Source: Eledone cirrhosa (lineage: Eukaryota). Taken from it: 64,000 nucleotides of DNA. Position 1 is the stretch's first letter; every line of letters begins with the position of its first letter. Below are positions 1 through 15,000 of the stretch, piece by piece. A program made the translations under genes and the position numbers. The stretch covers positions 4,402,001 through 4,466,000 of the forward strand of contig OZ024742.1 in assembly GCA_964016885.1 (NCBI GenBank), written 5' to 3'. The notes under the pieces are model-generated. The model was not told the origin of the DNA. It searched no databases and was given only the letters and a program-made list of their open reading frames with translations.

Positions 1-3000
1 TTTCTTGTCACTGTTGGTCAGAGAATGGGACTGGTCCAGTGTAAGGCATTGTCACTGTTGGTCAGATAGTGGGATTGGTCCAGTCTAAGGCCTTTCTTGT
101 CACTGTTGATCAAAGATTGGGATTGGTTCAGTTTCAGGCCTTTCTTGTCACTGTTGGCCAAAGAATGGGATTGGTCCAGTGTAAAGCCTTTCCTGTCACT
201 GTTGGTCAAAGAATGAGATTGGCTCAGTGTTAAGGCCTTGTCACTGTTGATCAGATAAGTGGGATTGGTCCCGTGTAAGGCCTTGTTACTGTTGATCAGA
301 GAGTGGGATTTGTCCTGTGTAAAACCTTTCTTGTTACTGTTGGTCAGATAATGGGATTGGTCCAGTGTAAGGCCTTTCTTGTCACTGTTGGTCAGAGAAT
401 GGGATTGGTCCAGTGTAAGGCCTTTCTTGTCACTGTTGGTCAGAGAATGGGATTGGTCCAGTGTAAGGCCTTTCTTGTCACTGTTGGTCAGAGAATGGGA
501 TTGGAGCATATTAAGGCCTTGTCACTGTTGGTAAGAGAATCGGATTTGCCCAGTGTAAGGCCTTGTCACTGTTGATCATAGTGGGATTGGTCCAATGTAA
601 GGCCTTTCTTGTCACTGTTGGTCAGAGAATGGTATTGGTCCAGTGTAAGGCCTTTCTTGTCACTGTTGGTCAGAGAGTGGGATTGGTCCAGTGAAAGTCC
701 TTTCTTGTCACTGTTGGTCAGAGAGTGGGAGAGGTCCAGTGTATGGTCTTTCTTGTTACTGTTGCGCAGAGAATGGGAATGGTCCAGTGTAAGGCATTTT
801 CACTGTTGGTCAGAGAGTGTGATTGGTCCAGTGTAAGGCCTTTCTTGTCACTCTTGGTCAGAGAGTGGAATTGGTCCAGTGTAAGGCCTTTCTTGTCACT
901 GTTGGTCAGAGAGTGGGATTGGTCCAGTGTAAGGCCTTTCTTGTCACTTTTGGTAAGAAAGTGGATTGGGCCAGTGTAAGGCCTTTCTTGTCTCTTTGGT
1001 CAGAGAGTGGGATTGGTCCAGTGCAAGGCCTTATCACTGTTGGTCAGAGAGTGGGATTGGTCCAGTGTAAGTCCTTGCTTGTCAATGCTGGTCAGAAAGT
1101 GGGATTGGTCCAGTGTAAGGCCTTTCATGTCACTATTGGTCAGACAGTGTGATTGGTCCAGTGTAAGGCCTTTCTTGTCACATTTGGTCAGAGTGTGGGA
1201 TTGGTCCAGTGTAAGGCCTTTCTTGTCACTGTTGGTCAGAGAATGTAATTGGTCCAGTGTAAGGACTTTCTTGTCACTTTTGGTAAGAAAGTGGATTGGT
1301 CCAGTGTAAAGCCTTTCTTGTCACTTTGGTCAGAGAGTGGTATTGGTCCAGTGTAAGGCCTTTCATATGACTGTTGGTCAGAGATTGGGACTGGTCCAGT
1401 GTAAGGCCTTGTAACTGTTGGTCAGATAGTGTAATTGGTCCAGTGTAAGGCCTTTCTTGTCACTGTTGGTCAGAGAATGAGATTGGGCCAGTGTTAAGGC
1501 CTTGTCACTGTTGATCAGATAAGTGGGATTGGTCCAGTGTAAGGCCTTGTTACTGTTGGTTAGAGAGTGGGATGTGTCCTGCGTAAGACCTTTCTTGCTA
1601 CTGTTGGTCAGATAATGGGATTGGTCCAGTGTAAGGCCTTTCTTGTGACTGTTGGTCAGAGAATGGGATTGGTCCAGTGTAAGGCCTATCTTGTCACTGT
1701 TGGTCAGAGAATGGGATTGGTCCAGTGTAAGGCCTTTCTTGTCACTGTTGGTCAGAGAATGGGATTGGAGCATATTAAGGCATTGTCACTGTTGGTCATA
1801 GTGTGATTGGTCCAATGTAAGGCCTTGTCACATTTGGTCAGAGAATGGGATTGGTTCACTGTTATGTCCTTCTCATTGTTGGTCAGAGAGTTGGATTGGT
1901 CCAGTGTAAGACCTTTCTTGTCACTGTTGGTCAGAGAATGGTATTGGTCCAGTGTAAGGTCTTTCTTTTCATTCTTGGTATGACAGTGGATTGGTCCAGT
2001 GTAAGGCCTTTCTTGTCACTGTTGGTCAGAGAGTAGGATTGGTCCATTGTAAGGCCTTTCTTATCACTTTGGTCAGAGAGTGGTATTGGTCCAGTATAAG
2101 TCCTTTCTTGTCACTGTTGGTCAGAGAATGGGACTGGTCCAGTGTAAGGCCTTGTCACTGTTGGTCAGATAGTGGGATTGGTCCAGTCTAAGGCCTTTCT
2201 GGTCACTGTTGATCAAAGATTGGGATTGGTTCAGTTTCAGGCCTTTCTTGTCACTATTGGCCAAAGAATGGGATTGGTCCAGTGTAAGGCCTTTCCTGTC
2301 ACTGTTGGTCAGAGAATGAGATTGGTTCAGTGTTAAGGCCTTGTCACTGTTGATCAGATAAGTGGGATTGGTCCTGTGTAAGGCCTTGTTACTGTTGATC
2401 AGAGAGTGGGATTTGTCCTGTGTAAAACCTTTCTTGTTACTGTTGGTCAGATAATGGGATTGGTCCAGTGTAAGGCCTTTCTTGTCACTGTTGGTCAGAG
2501 AATGGGATTGGTCCAGTGTAAGGCCTTTCTTGTCACTGTTGGTCAGAGAATGGGATTGGTCCAGTGTAAGGCCTTTCTTGTCACTGTTGGTCAGAGAATG
2601 GGATTGGAGCATATTAAGGCCTTGTCACTGTTGGTAAGAGAATCAGATTTGCCCAGTGTAAGGCCTTGTCACTGTTGGTCATAGTGGGATTGGTCCAATG
2701 TAAGGCCTTTCTTGTCACTGTTGGTCAGAGAATGGTATTGGTCCAGTGTAAGGCCTTTCTTGTCAATTTTGGTCATAGAATGGGATTGATCCTGTGGAAG
2801 GCCCTTCTTGTCACTGTTGGTCAGAAAGTGGGATTGGTCCAGTGTAAGGCCTTTCTTGTCACTGTTGGTCAGAGAATGTAATTGGTCCAGTGTAAGGACT
2901 TTCTTGTCACTTTTGGTAAGAAAGTGGATTGGTCCAGTGTAAGGCCTTTCTTGTCACTTTGGTCAGAGAGTGGTATTGGTCCAGTGTAAGGCCTTTCATA

Positions 3001-6000
3001 TGACTGTTGGTCAGAGATTGGGACTGGTCCAGTGTAAGGCCTTGTAACTGTTTGTCAGATAGTGTAATTGGTCCAGTGTAAGGCCTTTCTTGTCACTGTT
3101 GGTCAGAGAATGAGATTGGGCCAGTGTTAAGGCCTTGTCACTGTTGATCAGATAAGTGGGATTGGTCCAGTGTAAGGCCTTGTTACTGTTGGTTAGAGAG
3201 TGGGATGTGTCCTGCGTAAGACCTTTCTTGCTACTGTTGGTCAGATAATGGGATTGGTCCAGTGTAAGGCCTTTCTTGTCACTGTTGGTCAGAGAATGGG
3301 ATTGGTCCAGTGTAAGGCCTATCTTGTCACTGTTGGTCAGAGAATTGGATTGGTCCAGTGTAAGGCCTTTCTTGTCACTGTTGGTCAGAGAATGGGATTG
3401 GAGCATATTAAGGCATTGTCACTGTTGGTCATAGTGTGATTGGTCCAATGTAAGGCCTTGTCACATTTGGTCAGAGAATGGGATTGGTTCACTGTTATGT
3501 CCTTCTCATTGTTGGTCAGAGAGTTGGATTGGTCCAGTGTAAGACCTTTCTTGTCACTGTTGGTCAGAGAATGGTATTGGTCCAGTGTAAGGTCTTTCTT
3601 TTCATTGTTGGTATGACAGTGGATTGGTCCAGTGTAAGGCCTTTCTTGTCACTGTTGGTCAGAGAGTAGGATTGGTCCATTGTAAGGCCTTTCTTATCAC
3701 TGTTGGTCAGAGAATCTGATTGGTCCAGTGTAAGGCCTTTCTTGTCACTTTAGTCAGAGAGTGGTATTGGTCCAGTATAAGTCCTTTCTTGTCACTGTTG
3801 GTCAGAGAATGGGACTGGTCCAGTGTAAGGCCTTGTCACTGTTGGTCAGATAGTGGGATTGGTCCAGTCTAAGGCCTTTCTTGTCACTGTTGTTCAAAGA
3901 TTGGGATTGGTTCAGTTTTAGGCCGTTCTTGTCACTGTTGGCCAAAGAATGGGATTGGTCCAGTGTAAGGCCTTTCCTGTCACTGTTGGTCAGAGAATGA
4001 GATTGGTTCAGTGTTAAGGCCTTGTCACTGTTGATCAGATAAGTGGGATTGGTCCTGTGTAAGGCCTTGTTACTGTTGATCAGAGAGTGGGATTTGTCCT
4101 GTGTAAAACCTTTCTTGTTACTGTTGGTCAGATAATGGGATTGGTCCAGTGTAAGGCCTTTCTTGTCACTGTTGGTCAGAGAATGGGATTGGTCCAGTGT
4201 AAGGCCTTTCTTGTCACTGTTGGTCAGAGAATGGGATTGGTCCAGTGTAAGGCCTTTCTTGTCACTGTTGGTCAGAGAATGGGATTGGAGCATATTAAGG
4301 CCTTGTCACTGTTGGTAAGAGAATCGGATTTGCCCAGTGTAAGGCCTTGTCACTGTTGGTCAGAGAATGGTATTGGTCCAGTGTAAGGCCTTTGTTGTCA
4401 ATTTTGGTCATAGAATGGGATTGATCCTGTGTAAGGTCCTTCTTGTCACTGTTGGTCAGAAAGTGGGATTGGTCCAGTGTAAGGCCTTTCTTGTCACTGT
4501 TGGTCAGAGAGTGGGATTGGTCCAGTGAAAGTCCTTTCTTGTCACTGTTGGTCAGAGATTGGGATTGGTCCAGTGTAAGGCCTTTCTTGTCACTGTTGGT
4601 CAGAGAGTGGGATTGGTCCAGTGTAAGGCCTTGTTACTGTTGGTCAGAGAGTGGGATTTGTCCTGTGTAAAACCTTTCTTTTTACTGTTGGTCAGATAAT
4701 GGAATTGGTCCAGTGTAAGGCCTTGTCATTGTTGGTCAGAGAGTCGGATTGGTCAGTGTAAGGCCTTTCTTGTTGGTCAGAGAGTTGAATTGGGCCAGTG
4801 TAAGGCCTTTCTTGTCACTGTTGGTAAGAGAATCGTATTGGTCCAATGTAAGGCTTTGTCAATGTTGGTCATAGTGGGATTGGTCCAGTGTAAGGCCTTT
4901 CTTGTCACTGTTGGTCAGAGAGTAAGATTGGTCCAGTGTAAGTCCTTTCTTGTCACTGTTGGTCTGAGAATGGGATTGGTCCAGTGTAAGGCCGTTCTTG
5001 TCACTGTCGGTTAGAGAGTGGGATTGGTCATGTGTAAGGCCTTTCTTGTCACTGTTGGTCAGATAATGGGATTGGTCCAGTGTAAAGCCTATCTTGTCAC
5101 TGTTGGTCAGAGAGTGGGACTGGTCCAGTGTATGGCCTTTCTTGTTACTGTTGATCAGAGAATGGGTATGGTCCAGTGTAAGTCCTTGCTTGTCACTGTT
5201 GGTCAGAGAGTGGGATTGGTCCAGTGTAAGGCTTTTCTTGTCACTGTTGGTCAGAGAGTGGGATTGGTCCAGTGTAAGGCCTTGTCACTGTTGGTCAGAG
5301 AGTGGGATTGGTCCAGCGTAAGGCCTTTCTTGTCACTGTTGGTCAGAGAATGGGATTGGTCCAATATAAGACCTTTCTTGTCACTGTTGGTCAGAGAGTG
5401 GGAGTGGTCCAGTGTATATTCTTTCTTGTTACTGTTGGTCAGAGAATGGGAATGGTCCAGTGTAAGACCTTTCTTGTCACTCTTGGTCCGAGAGTGGAAT
5501 TGGTCCAGTGTAAGGCCTTTCTTGTCACTGTTGGTCAAAGAGTGGGATTGGTCCAGTGTAATGCCTTTCTTGTCACTGTTGGTCAGAGAGTGGGATTGGT
5601 CCAGTATAAGGCCTTTCTTGTCACTTTTGGTAAGAAAGTGGATTGGTCCAGTGTAAGGCCTTTCTTGTCACTTTGGTCAGAGAGTGGGATTGGTCCAGTG
5701 TAAGGCCTTATCACTGTTGGTCAGAGAGTGGGATTGGTCCAGTGTAAGTCCTTGCTTGTCAATGTTGGTCAGAAAGTGGGATTGGTCCAGTGTAAGGCCT
5801 TTCATGTCACTGTTGGTCAGACAGTGTGATTGGTCCAGTGTAAGGCCTTTCTTGTCACTGTTGGTCAGAGTGTGGGATTGGTCCAGTGTAAGGCCTTTCT
5901 TGTCACTGTTGGTCAGAGAATGTAATTGGTCCAGTGTAAGGACTTTCTTGTCACTTTTGGTAAGAAAGTGGATTGGTCCAGTGTAAGGCCTTTCTTGTCA

Positions 6001-9000
6001 CTTTGGTCAGAGAGTGGAATTGGTCCAGTGTAAGGCCTTTCTTGTCACTGTTGGTCAGTGAATGAGATTGGGCCAGTGATAAGGCCTTGTCACTGTTGAT
6101 CAGATAAGTGGGATTGGTCCAGTGTAAGGCCTTGTTACTGTTGGTTAGAGAGTGGGATTTGTCCTGCGTAAGACCTTTCTTGCTACTGTTGGTCAGATAA
6201 TGGGATTGGTCCAGTGTAAGGCCTTTCTTGCCACTGTTGGTCAGAGAATGGGATTGGTCCAGTGTAAGGCCTATCTTGTCACTCTTGGTCAGAGAATGGG
6301 ATTGGTCCAGTGTAAGGCCTTTCTTGTCACTGTTGGTGAGAGAATGGGATTGGAGCATATTAAGGCATTGTCACTGTTGGTCATAGTGTGATTGGTCCAA
6401 TGTAAGGCCTTGTCACATTTGGTCAGAGAATGGGATTGGTTCACTGTTATGTCCTTCTCATTGTTAGTCAGAGAGTTGGATTGGTCCAGTGTAAGACCTT
6501 TCTTGTCACTGTTGGTCAGAGAATGGTATTGGTCCAGTGTAAGGCCTTTCTTGTCAATGTTGGTATGACAGTGGATTAGTCCAGTGTAAGGCCTTTCTTG
6601 TCACTGTTGGTCAGAGAGTAGGATTTGTCCATTGTAAGGCCTTTCTTATCACTGTTGGTCAGAGAATCTGATTGGTCCAGTGTAAGGCCTTTCTTGTCAC
6701 TTTGGTCAGAGAGTGGTATTGGTCCAGTATAAGTCCTTTCTTGTCACTGTTGGTCAGAGAATGGGACTGGTCCAGTGTAAGGCCTTGTCACTGTTGGTCA
6801 GATAGTGGGATTGGTCCAGTCTAAGGCCTTTCTTGTCACTGTTGATCAAAGAGTGGGATTGGTTCAGTTTCAGGCCTTTCTTGTCACTGTTGGTCAGAGA
6901 ATGGGATTGGTCCAGTGTAAGGCCTTTCCTGTCACTGTTGGTCAGAGAATGAGATTGGTCCAGTGTTAAGGCCTTGTCACTGTTGATCAGATAAGTGGGA
7001 TTGGTCCAGTGTAAGGCCTTGTTACTGTTGATCAGAGAGTGGGATTTGTCCTGTGTAAAACCTTTCTTTTTACTGTTGGTCAGATAATGGAATTGTTCCA
7101 GTGTAAGGCCTTGCCATTGTTGGTTAGAGAGTCGGATTGATCAGTGTAAGGCCTTGTCACTGTTTGTCAGAGATTTGGATTGGGTCAGTGTAAGGCCTTG
7201 TCACTGTTGGTCATAGTGGGATTGGTCCAGTGTAAGGCCTTTCTTGTCACTGTTGGTCAGAGAAAGGTATTGGTCCAGTGTAAGGCCTTTCTTGTCACTG
7301 TTGGTCATAGAATGGGATTGATCCAGTGTAAGGCCCTTCTTGTCACTGTTGGTCAGAAAGTGGGATCGGTCCAGTGTAAGGCCTTTCTTGTCACTGTTGG
7401 TCAGAGAGTGGGATTGGTCCAGTGTAAGGCCTTTCTTATCACTGTTGGTCAGAGAGTGGGATTGGTCCAGTGTAAGGCCTTTCTTGTCACTGTTGGTCAG
7501 AGAATGGGATTGGTCCAGTGTAAGACCTTTCTTGTCACCGTTGGTCAGAGAGTGGGATTGGTCCACTGTAAGGCCTTGTCAATGTTGGTCAGCGAGTGGG
7601 ATTGGTCCAGTGTAAGTCCTTTCTTGTCACCGTTGGTCAGAGAGTGGGATTGGTCCACTGTAAGACCTTGTTAATGTTGGTCAGCGAGTGGGATTGGTCC
7701 AGTGTAAGGCCTTTCTTGTCACTTTTGGTAAGAAAGTGGATTGGTCCAGTGTAAGGCCTTTCTTGTCACTGTTGGTCAGAGAATGAGATTGGTCCAGTGT
7801 TAAGGCCTTGTCACTGTTGATCAGATAAGTGGGATTGGTCCAGTGTAAGGACTTGTTACTGTAGGTCAGAGAGTGGGATTTGTCCTGTGTAAGACCTTTC
7901 TTGTTACTGTTGGTCAGATAATGGGATTGGTCCAGTGTAACGCCTTTCTTGTCACTGTTGGACAGAGAATGGGATTGGTCCAGTGTAAGGCCTTTCTTTT
8001 CACTGTTGGTCAGAGAATGGGATTGGTCCAGTGAACGGCCTTTCTTGTCACTGTTGGTCAGAGAATGGGATTGGAGCATATTAAGGCCTTGTCACTGTTG
8101 GTCATAGTGGGATTGGTCCAATTTAAGGCCTTGTCACGGTTGGTCAGAGAATGGGATTGGTACACTTTAAGTCCTTCGCATTGTTGGTCAGAGAGTTGGA
8201 TTGGTCCAGTGTAAGACCTTTCTTGTCACTGTTGGTCAGAGAATGGTATTGGTCCAGTGTAAGGCCTTTCTTGTCACTGTTGGTAAGAAAGTGGATTGGT
8301 CCAGTGTAAGGCCTTTCTTGTCACTGTTGATCAAATAGTGGGATTGGTTCAGTTTCAAGCCTTTCTTGTCACTGTTGGTCAGAGAATGGGATTGGTCCAG
8401 TGTAAGGCCTTTCCTGTCACTGTTGGTCAGAGAATGAGATTGGTCCAGTGTTAAGGCCTTGTCACTGTAGATCAGATAAGTGGGATTGGTCCAGTGTAAG
8501 GCCTTGTTACTGTAGGTCAGAGAGTGGGATTTGTCCTGTGTAAAACCTTTCTTTTTACTGTTGGTCAGATAATGGAATTGGTCCAGTGTAAGGCCTTGTC
8601 ATTGTTGGTCAGAGAGTCGGATTGGTCAGTGTAAGGCCTTTCTTGTTGGTCAGAGAGTTGAATTGGGCCAGTGTAAGGCCTTCTTGTCACTGTTGGTAAG
8701 AGAATCGTATTGGTCCAGTGTAAGGCCATGTCACTGTTGGTCATTGTGGGATTGGTCCAGTGTAAGGCCTTTCTTTTCACTGTTGGTCAGAGAGTGGATT
8801 GGTCCAGTGTAAGGCCGTTCCTGTCACTGTTGGTCAGAGAATGGGATTGGTCCAGTGTAAAGCCTATCTTGTCACTGTTGGTAAGAGAATCGTATTGGTC
8901 CAGTGTAAGGCCATGTCACTGTTGGTCAGAGAGTAAGATTGGTCCAGTGTAAGTCCTTTCTTGTCACTGTTGGTCAGAGAGTGGGATTGGTCCAGTGTAA

Positions 9001-12000
9001 GGCCGTTTCTGTCACTGTTGGTCAGAGAATGGGATTGGTCCAGTGTAAAGCCTATGTTGTCACTGTTGGTCAGAGAGTGGGACTGGTCCAGTGTATGGCC
9101 TTTCTTGTTACTGTTGGTCAGAGAATGGGAATGGTCCAGTGTAAGTCCTTGCTTGTCACTGTTGGTCAGAGAGTGGGATTGGTCCAGTGTAAGGCTTTTC
9201 TCGTCACTGTTGGTCAGAGAGTGGGATTGGTCCAGTGTAAGGCCTTGTCACTGTTGGTCAGAGAGTGGGATTGGTCCATTGTAAGGCCTTTCTTGTCACT
9301 GTTGGTCAGAGAATGGGAATGGTCCAGTGTAAGACCTTTCTTGTCACTGTTGGTCACAGAGTGGGAGTGGTCCAGTGTATGGTCTTTCTTGTTAGTGTTG
9401 GTCAGAGAATGGGAATTGTCCAGTGTAAGGCATTGTCACTGTTGGTCAGAGAGTGGGATTGGTCCAGTGTAAGGCCTTTCTTGTCACTCTTGGTTAGAGA
9501 GTGGAATTGGTCCAGTGTAAGGCCTTTCTTGTCACTGTTGGTCAGAGAGTGGGATTGGTCCTGTGTAATGTATTTCCTGTCACTGTTGGTAAGAAAGTGG
9601 ATTGGTCCAGTGTAAGGCCTTTCTTGTCACTTTGGTCAGAGAGTGGCATTGGTCCAGTGTAAGGCCTTGTCACTGTTGGTCAGAGAGTGGGATTGGTCCA
9701 GTGTAAGTCCTTGCTTGTCAATGTTGGTCAGAAAGTGGGATTGGTCCAGTGTAAGGCCTTTCATGTCAGTGTTGGTCAGACAGTGGGATTGGTCCAGTGG
9801 AAGGCCTTTCTTGTCACTGTTGGTCAGAGAATGTAATTGGTCCAGTGTAAGGATTTTCTTGTCACTTTTGGTAAGAAAGTGGATTGGTCCAGTGTAAGGC
9901 CTTTCTTGTCACTTTGGTCAGAGAGTGGTATTGGTCCAGTGTAAGGCCTTTCATATGACTGTTGGTCAGAGATTGGGACTGGTCCAGTGTAAGGCCTTGT
10001 CACTGTTGGTCAGATAGTGGAATTGGTCCAGTGTAAGGCCTTTCTTGTCACTGTTGGTCAGAGAATGAGATTGGTCCAGTGTTAAGGCCTTGTCACTGTT
10101 GATCAGATAAGTGGGATTGGTCCAGTGTAAGGCCTTGTTACTGTTGGTCAGATAGTGGGATTTGTCCTGTGTAAGACCTTTCTTGTTACTGTTGGTCAGA
10201 TAATGGGATTGGTCCAGTGTAAGGCCTTTCTTGTCACTGTTGGTCAGAGAATGGGATTGGTCCAGTGTAAGGCCTTTCTTGTCACTGTTGGTCAGAGAAT
10301 GGGATTGCAGCATATTAAGGCATTGTCACTGTTGGTCATAGTGGGATTGGTCCAATGTAAGGCCTTGTCACAGTTGGTCAGAGAATGGGATTGGTTCACT
10401 GTTATGTCCTTCTCATTGTTAGTCAGAGAGTTGGATTGGTCCAGTGTAAGACCTTTCTTGTCACTGTTGGTCAGAGAATGGTATTGGTCCAGTGTAAGGC
10501 CTTTCTTGTCACTGTTGGTATGAAAGTGGATTTGTCCAGTGTAAGGCCTTTCTTGTCACTGTTGGTCAGAGAGTAGGATTGGTCCAGTTTAAGGCCTTTC
10601 TTGTCACTTTGGTCAGAGAGTGGTATTGGTCCAGTATAAGTCCTTTCTTGTCACTGTTGGTCAGAGAATGGTACTGGTCCAGTGTAAGGCCTTGTCACTG
10701 TTGGTCAGATAGTGGGATTGGTCCAGTCTAAGGCCTTTCTTGTCACTGTTGATCAAAGAGTGGGATTGGTTCAGTTTCAGGCCTTTCTTGTCAGTGTTGG
10801 TCAGAGAATGGTATTGGTCCAGTGTAAGGCCTTTCTTGTCACTGCTGGTAAGAAAGTGGATTGGTCCAGTGTAAGGCCTTTCTTGTCAGGTTGGTCAGAG
10901 AGTGGTATTGGTCCAGTGTAAGGCCTTTCTTGTCACTGTTGGTCAGAGAGTGGGACTGGTCCATTTTTAAGGACTTGTCACTGTTGGTCAGATAGTGGGA
11001 TTGGTCCAGTTTAAGTCCTTTCTTGTCACTGTTGGTCAGAGAATGAGATTGGACCAGTGTTATGGCCTTGTCTCTGATGATCAGATTAGTGGGATTGGTC
11101 CAGTGTAAGGTCTTGTTACTGTTGGTCAGAGAGTGGGATTTGTCCTGTGTAAGACCTTTCTTGTTACTGTTTGTCAGATAATGGGATTGGTCCTGTGTAT
11201 GGCCTTTCTTGTTACTGTTGGTCAGAGAATGGGAATGGTCCAGTGTAAGGCATTGTCACTGTTGGTCAGAGAGTGGGATTGGTCCAGTGTGAGTCCTTGC
11301 TTGACACTGTTGGCTAGAAAATGGGATTGGTCCAGTGTAAGGCCTTTCTTGTCACTGTTGGTCAGAGAGTGGGATTGGTCCAGTGTAAGGCCTTTCTTGT
11401 CACTGTTGGTCAGAGAATGTAATTGGTCCAGTGTAAGGCCTTGTCACTGTTGGTCAGAGAGTGGGATTGGGCCAGTGTAAGGCCCTGTCACTTTTGGTCA
11501 GAAAGTGGGATTGGTTCAGTGTAAGTCCTTGTCACTGTTGGTCAGAGAGTGGGATTGGTCCAGTGTAAGGCCTTTCTTGTCACTGTTGGTCAGAGAGTGG
11601 GATTGGTCCAGTGTAAGGCCTTTCTTGTCACTGTTGGTCAGAGAATGTAATTGGTCCAGTGTAAGGCCTTTCTTGTCACTTTTGGTAAGAAAGTGGATTG
11701 GTCCACTGTAAGGCCTTTCTTGTCACTTTGGTCAGAGAGTGGTATTGGTCCAGTGTAAGGCCTTTCTTGTCACTGTTGGTCAGAGAATGAGATTGGTCCA
11801 GTGTTAAGGCCTTGTCACTGTTGGTCAGAGAGTGGGATTGGTCCAGTGTAAGGCCTTTCTTGTCACTGTTGGTCATAGAATGAGATTGGTCCAGCGTTAA
11901 GGCCTTGTCACTGTTGATCAGATAAGTGGGATTGGTCCAGTGTAAGGACTTTTTACTGTTGGTCAGAGAGTGGGATTTGTCCTGTGTAAGACCTTTCTTG

Positions 12001-15000
12001 TTACTGTTGGTCAGATAATGGGATTGGTCCAGTGTAAGGCCTTTCTTGTCACTGTTGGTCAGAGAATGGGATTGGTCCAGTGTAAGGCCTTTCTTGTCAC
12101 TGTTTATCAGAGAATGGGATTGGAGCATATTAAGACCTTGTAACGGTTGGTCATAGTGGGATTGGTCCAATATAAGGCCTTGTCACAGTGGGTCAGAGAA
12201 TGGGATTGGTTCACTGTTAAGTCCTTCTCATTGTTGGTCAGAGAGTTGGATTGGTCCAGTGTAAGACCTTTCTTGTCACTGTTGGTCAGAGAATGATATT
12301 GGTCCAGTGTAAGGCCTTTCTTGTCACTGTTGGTTAGAGAATGAGATTGGTCCAGAGTTAAGGCCTTGTCACTGTTGGTCAGAGAGTGGGACTGGTCCAG
12401 TGTAAGGCTTTTCTTGTTACGGTTGGTCAGAGAGTGGGATTGGTCCAGTGTAAGACCTTTCTTGTCAATGTTGGTCAGAGAATGGGATTGGTCTAGTGTA
12501 AGGCCTTGTCACTGTTGGTCAGAGAGCGGGATTGGTCCAGTGTAAGGCCTTGTCACTGTTGGACAGTGAGTGTGATTTGTCCAGGATAACACCTTTCTTG
12601 TTACTGTTGGTCAGAGAGTGGGATTGGTCCAGTGTAAGGCCTTTCTTGTCACTGTTGGTCAGTGAGTGGGATTGGTCCAGTGTAAGGCCTTTCTTGTCAC
12701 TGTTGGTCAGAGAATGGGATTGGTCCAGTGTAAGACCTTTCTTGTCACTGTTGGTCAGAGAGTGGGAGTGGTCCAGTGTATGGTCTTTCTTGTTGCTGTT
12801 GTTCAGAGAATGGTAATGGTCCAGTGTAAGGCATTGTCAATGTTGATCAGAGAGTGGGATTGGTCCAGTGTAAGGCTTTTCTTGTCACTGTTGGTCAGAG
12901 AGTGGAATTGGTCCAGTGTAAGGCCATTCTTGTCACTGTTGGTCAGAGAGTGGGATTGGTCCAGTGTAAGGCCTTTCTTGTCTCTGTTGGTCAGAGAATG
13001 GGATTGGTCCAGTGTAAGGCCTTTCTTGTCACTGTTGGTCATAGAATGGGATCGGTCCAGTGTAAGGCCTTTCTTGTCACTGTTGGTCAGAAAGTGGGAT
13101 CGGTCCTGTGTAAGGCCTTTCTTGCCACTGTTGGCCAGAGAATGGGATTGGTCCAGTTTCAGGCCATTCTTGTCACTGTTGGTCAGAGAGTGGGATTGGT
13201 CCAGTGTATGGCCATTCTTGTTACTGTTGGTCAGACAGTGAGATGGGTCCAGTGTAAGGCCTTCTTGTCACTGTTGGTCAGAGAGTTGGATTGGTCCATT
13301 GTAAGGCATTTCTTATCACTGTTGGTCAGAGAATCTGATTGGTCCAATGTAAGGCCCTGTCACAGTTGGTCAGAGAATGGGATTGGTTCACTGTTAAGTC
13401 CTTCTCGTTGTTGGTCAGAGAGTTGGTTTAGTCCAGTGTAAGACCTTTCTTGTCACTGTTGGTCAGAGAATGGTATTGGTCCAGTGTAAGGCCTTTCTTG
13501 TCACTGTTGGTAAGAAAGTGGATTGGTCCATTGTAAGGCCTTTCTTGTCACTGTTGGTCAAAGAGTGGGATTGGTCGATTGTAAGGCCTTTCTTATCACT
13601 TTTGGTCAGAGAATCTGATTGGTCCAGTGTAAGGCCTTTCTTGTCGCTGTTGGTCAGAGAATGGGACTGGTCCAGTGTAACGCCCTGTCACAGTTGGTCT
13701 GATAGTGGGATTGGTCCAGTCTAAGGCCTTTGTTGTCACTGTTTATCAAAGAGTGGGATTGGTTCAGTTTCAGGCCTTTCCTGTCACTGTTGGTCAGAGA
13801 ATGGGATTGGTCAAGTGTAAGGCCTTTCTTGTCACTGTTGGTCAGAGAATGAGATTGGTTCAGTGTTACGGCCTTGTCACTGTTGATCAGATAATTAGGA
13901 TTGGTCCAGTGTAAGGCTTTGTTACTGTTGGTCAGAGAGCGGGATTTGTCCTGTGTAAGACCATTCTTATTACTGTTGGTCAGATAATGGAATTGGTCCA
14001 GTGTAAGGCCTTGTCATTGTTGGTCAGAGAGTGGGATTGATCAGTGTAAGGCCTTGTCACTGTTGTTCAGAGAGTTGGATTGGGCCAGTGTAAGGCCTTT
14101 CTTGTCACTGTTGGTCAGAGATTAAGATTGATCCAGTGTAAGGCTTTTCTTGTCACTGTTGGTCAGAGAGTGGGATTGGTCCAGTGTAAGGCCTTTCTTC
14201 TCACTGTTGGTCAGAGAATGGGATTGGTCCAGTGTAAGGCCTATCTTGTCACTGTTGGTCAGAGAGTGGGAGTAGTCCAGTGTATGGCTTTTCTTGTTAC
14301 TGTTGGTCAGAGAATAGGAATGGTCCAGTGTAAGGCATTGTCACTGTTGGTCAGAGAGTGGGATTGGTCCAGCGTAAGTCCTTGCTTTACACTGTTGGTC
14401 AGAGAGTGGGATTGGTCCAGTGTAAGGCCTTTCTTGTCACTGTTGGTCAGAGAGTGGGATTGGTCCAGTGTAAGGCCTTGTCACTGTTGGTCAGAAAGTG
14501 GGATTGGTCCAGTGTAAGGCCTTTCTTGTCACTGTTGGTCAGAGAATGGTATTGGTCCAGTGTAAGGCCTTTCTTGTCACTGTTGGTCATAGAATGGGAT
14601 TGGTCCAGTGTAAGGCCTTTCTTGTCACTGTTGGTCAGAAAGTGGGATTGCTCCAACGTAAGGCCTTTCTTGTCACTGTTAGTCAGAGAGTGGGATTGGT
14701 CCCGTGTAAGGCCTTGTCACTGTTGGTCAGAGAGTGGGATTGGTCCAGTGTAAGGCCTTTCTTGTCACTGTTGTTCAGAGAATGGGATTGCTCCAGTGTA
14801 AGGCCTTTCTTGTCACTGTTGGTCATAGAATTGGATTGGTCTAGTGTAAGGCTTTTCTTGTCACTCTTGGTCTGAAAGTGGGATTGGTCCAGTGTAAGGC
14901 CTTTCTTGTCACTGTTGGTCAGAGAGTGGGATTAGTCCTGTGTAAGACCTTTCTTGTTACTGTTGGTCAGAGAATGGGATTGGTCCAGTGTAAGGCCTTG

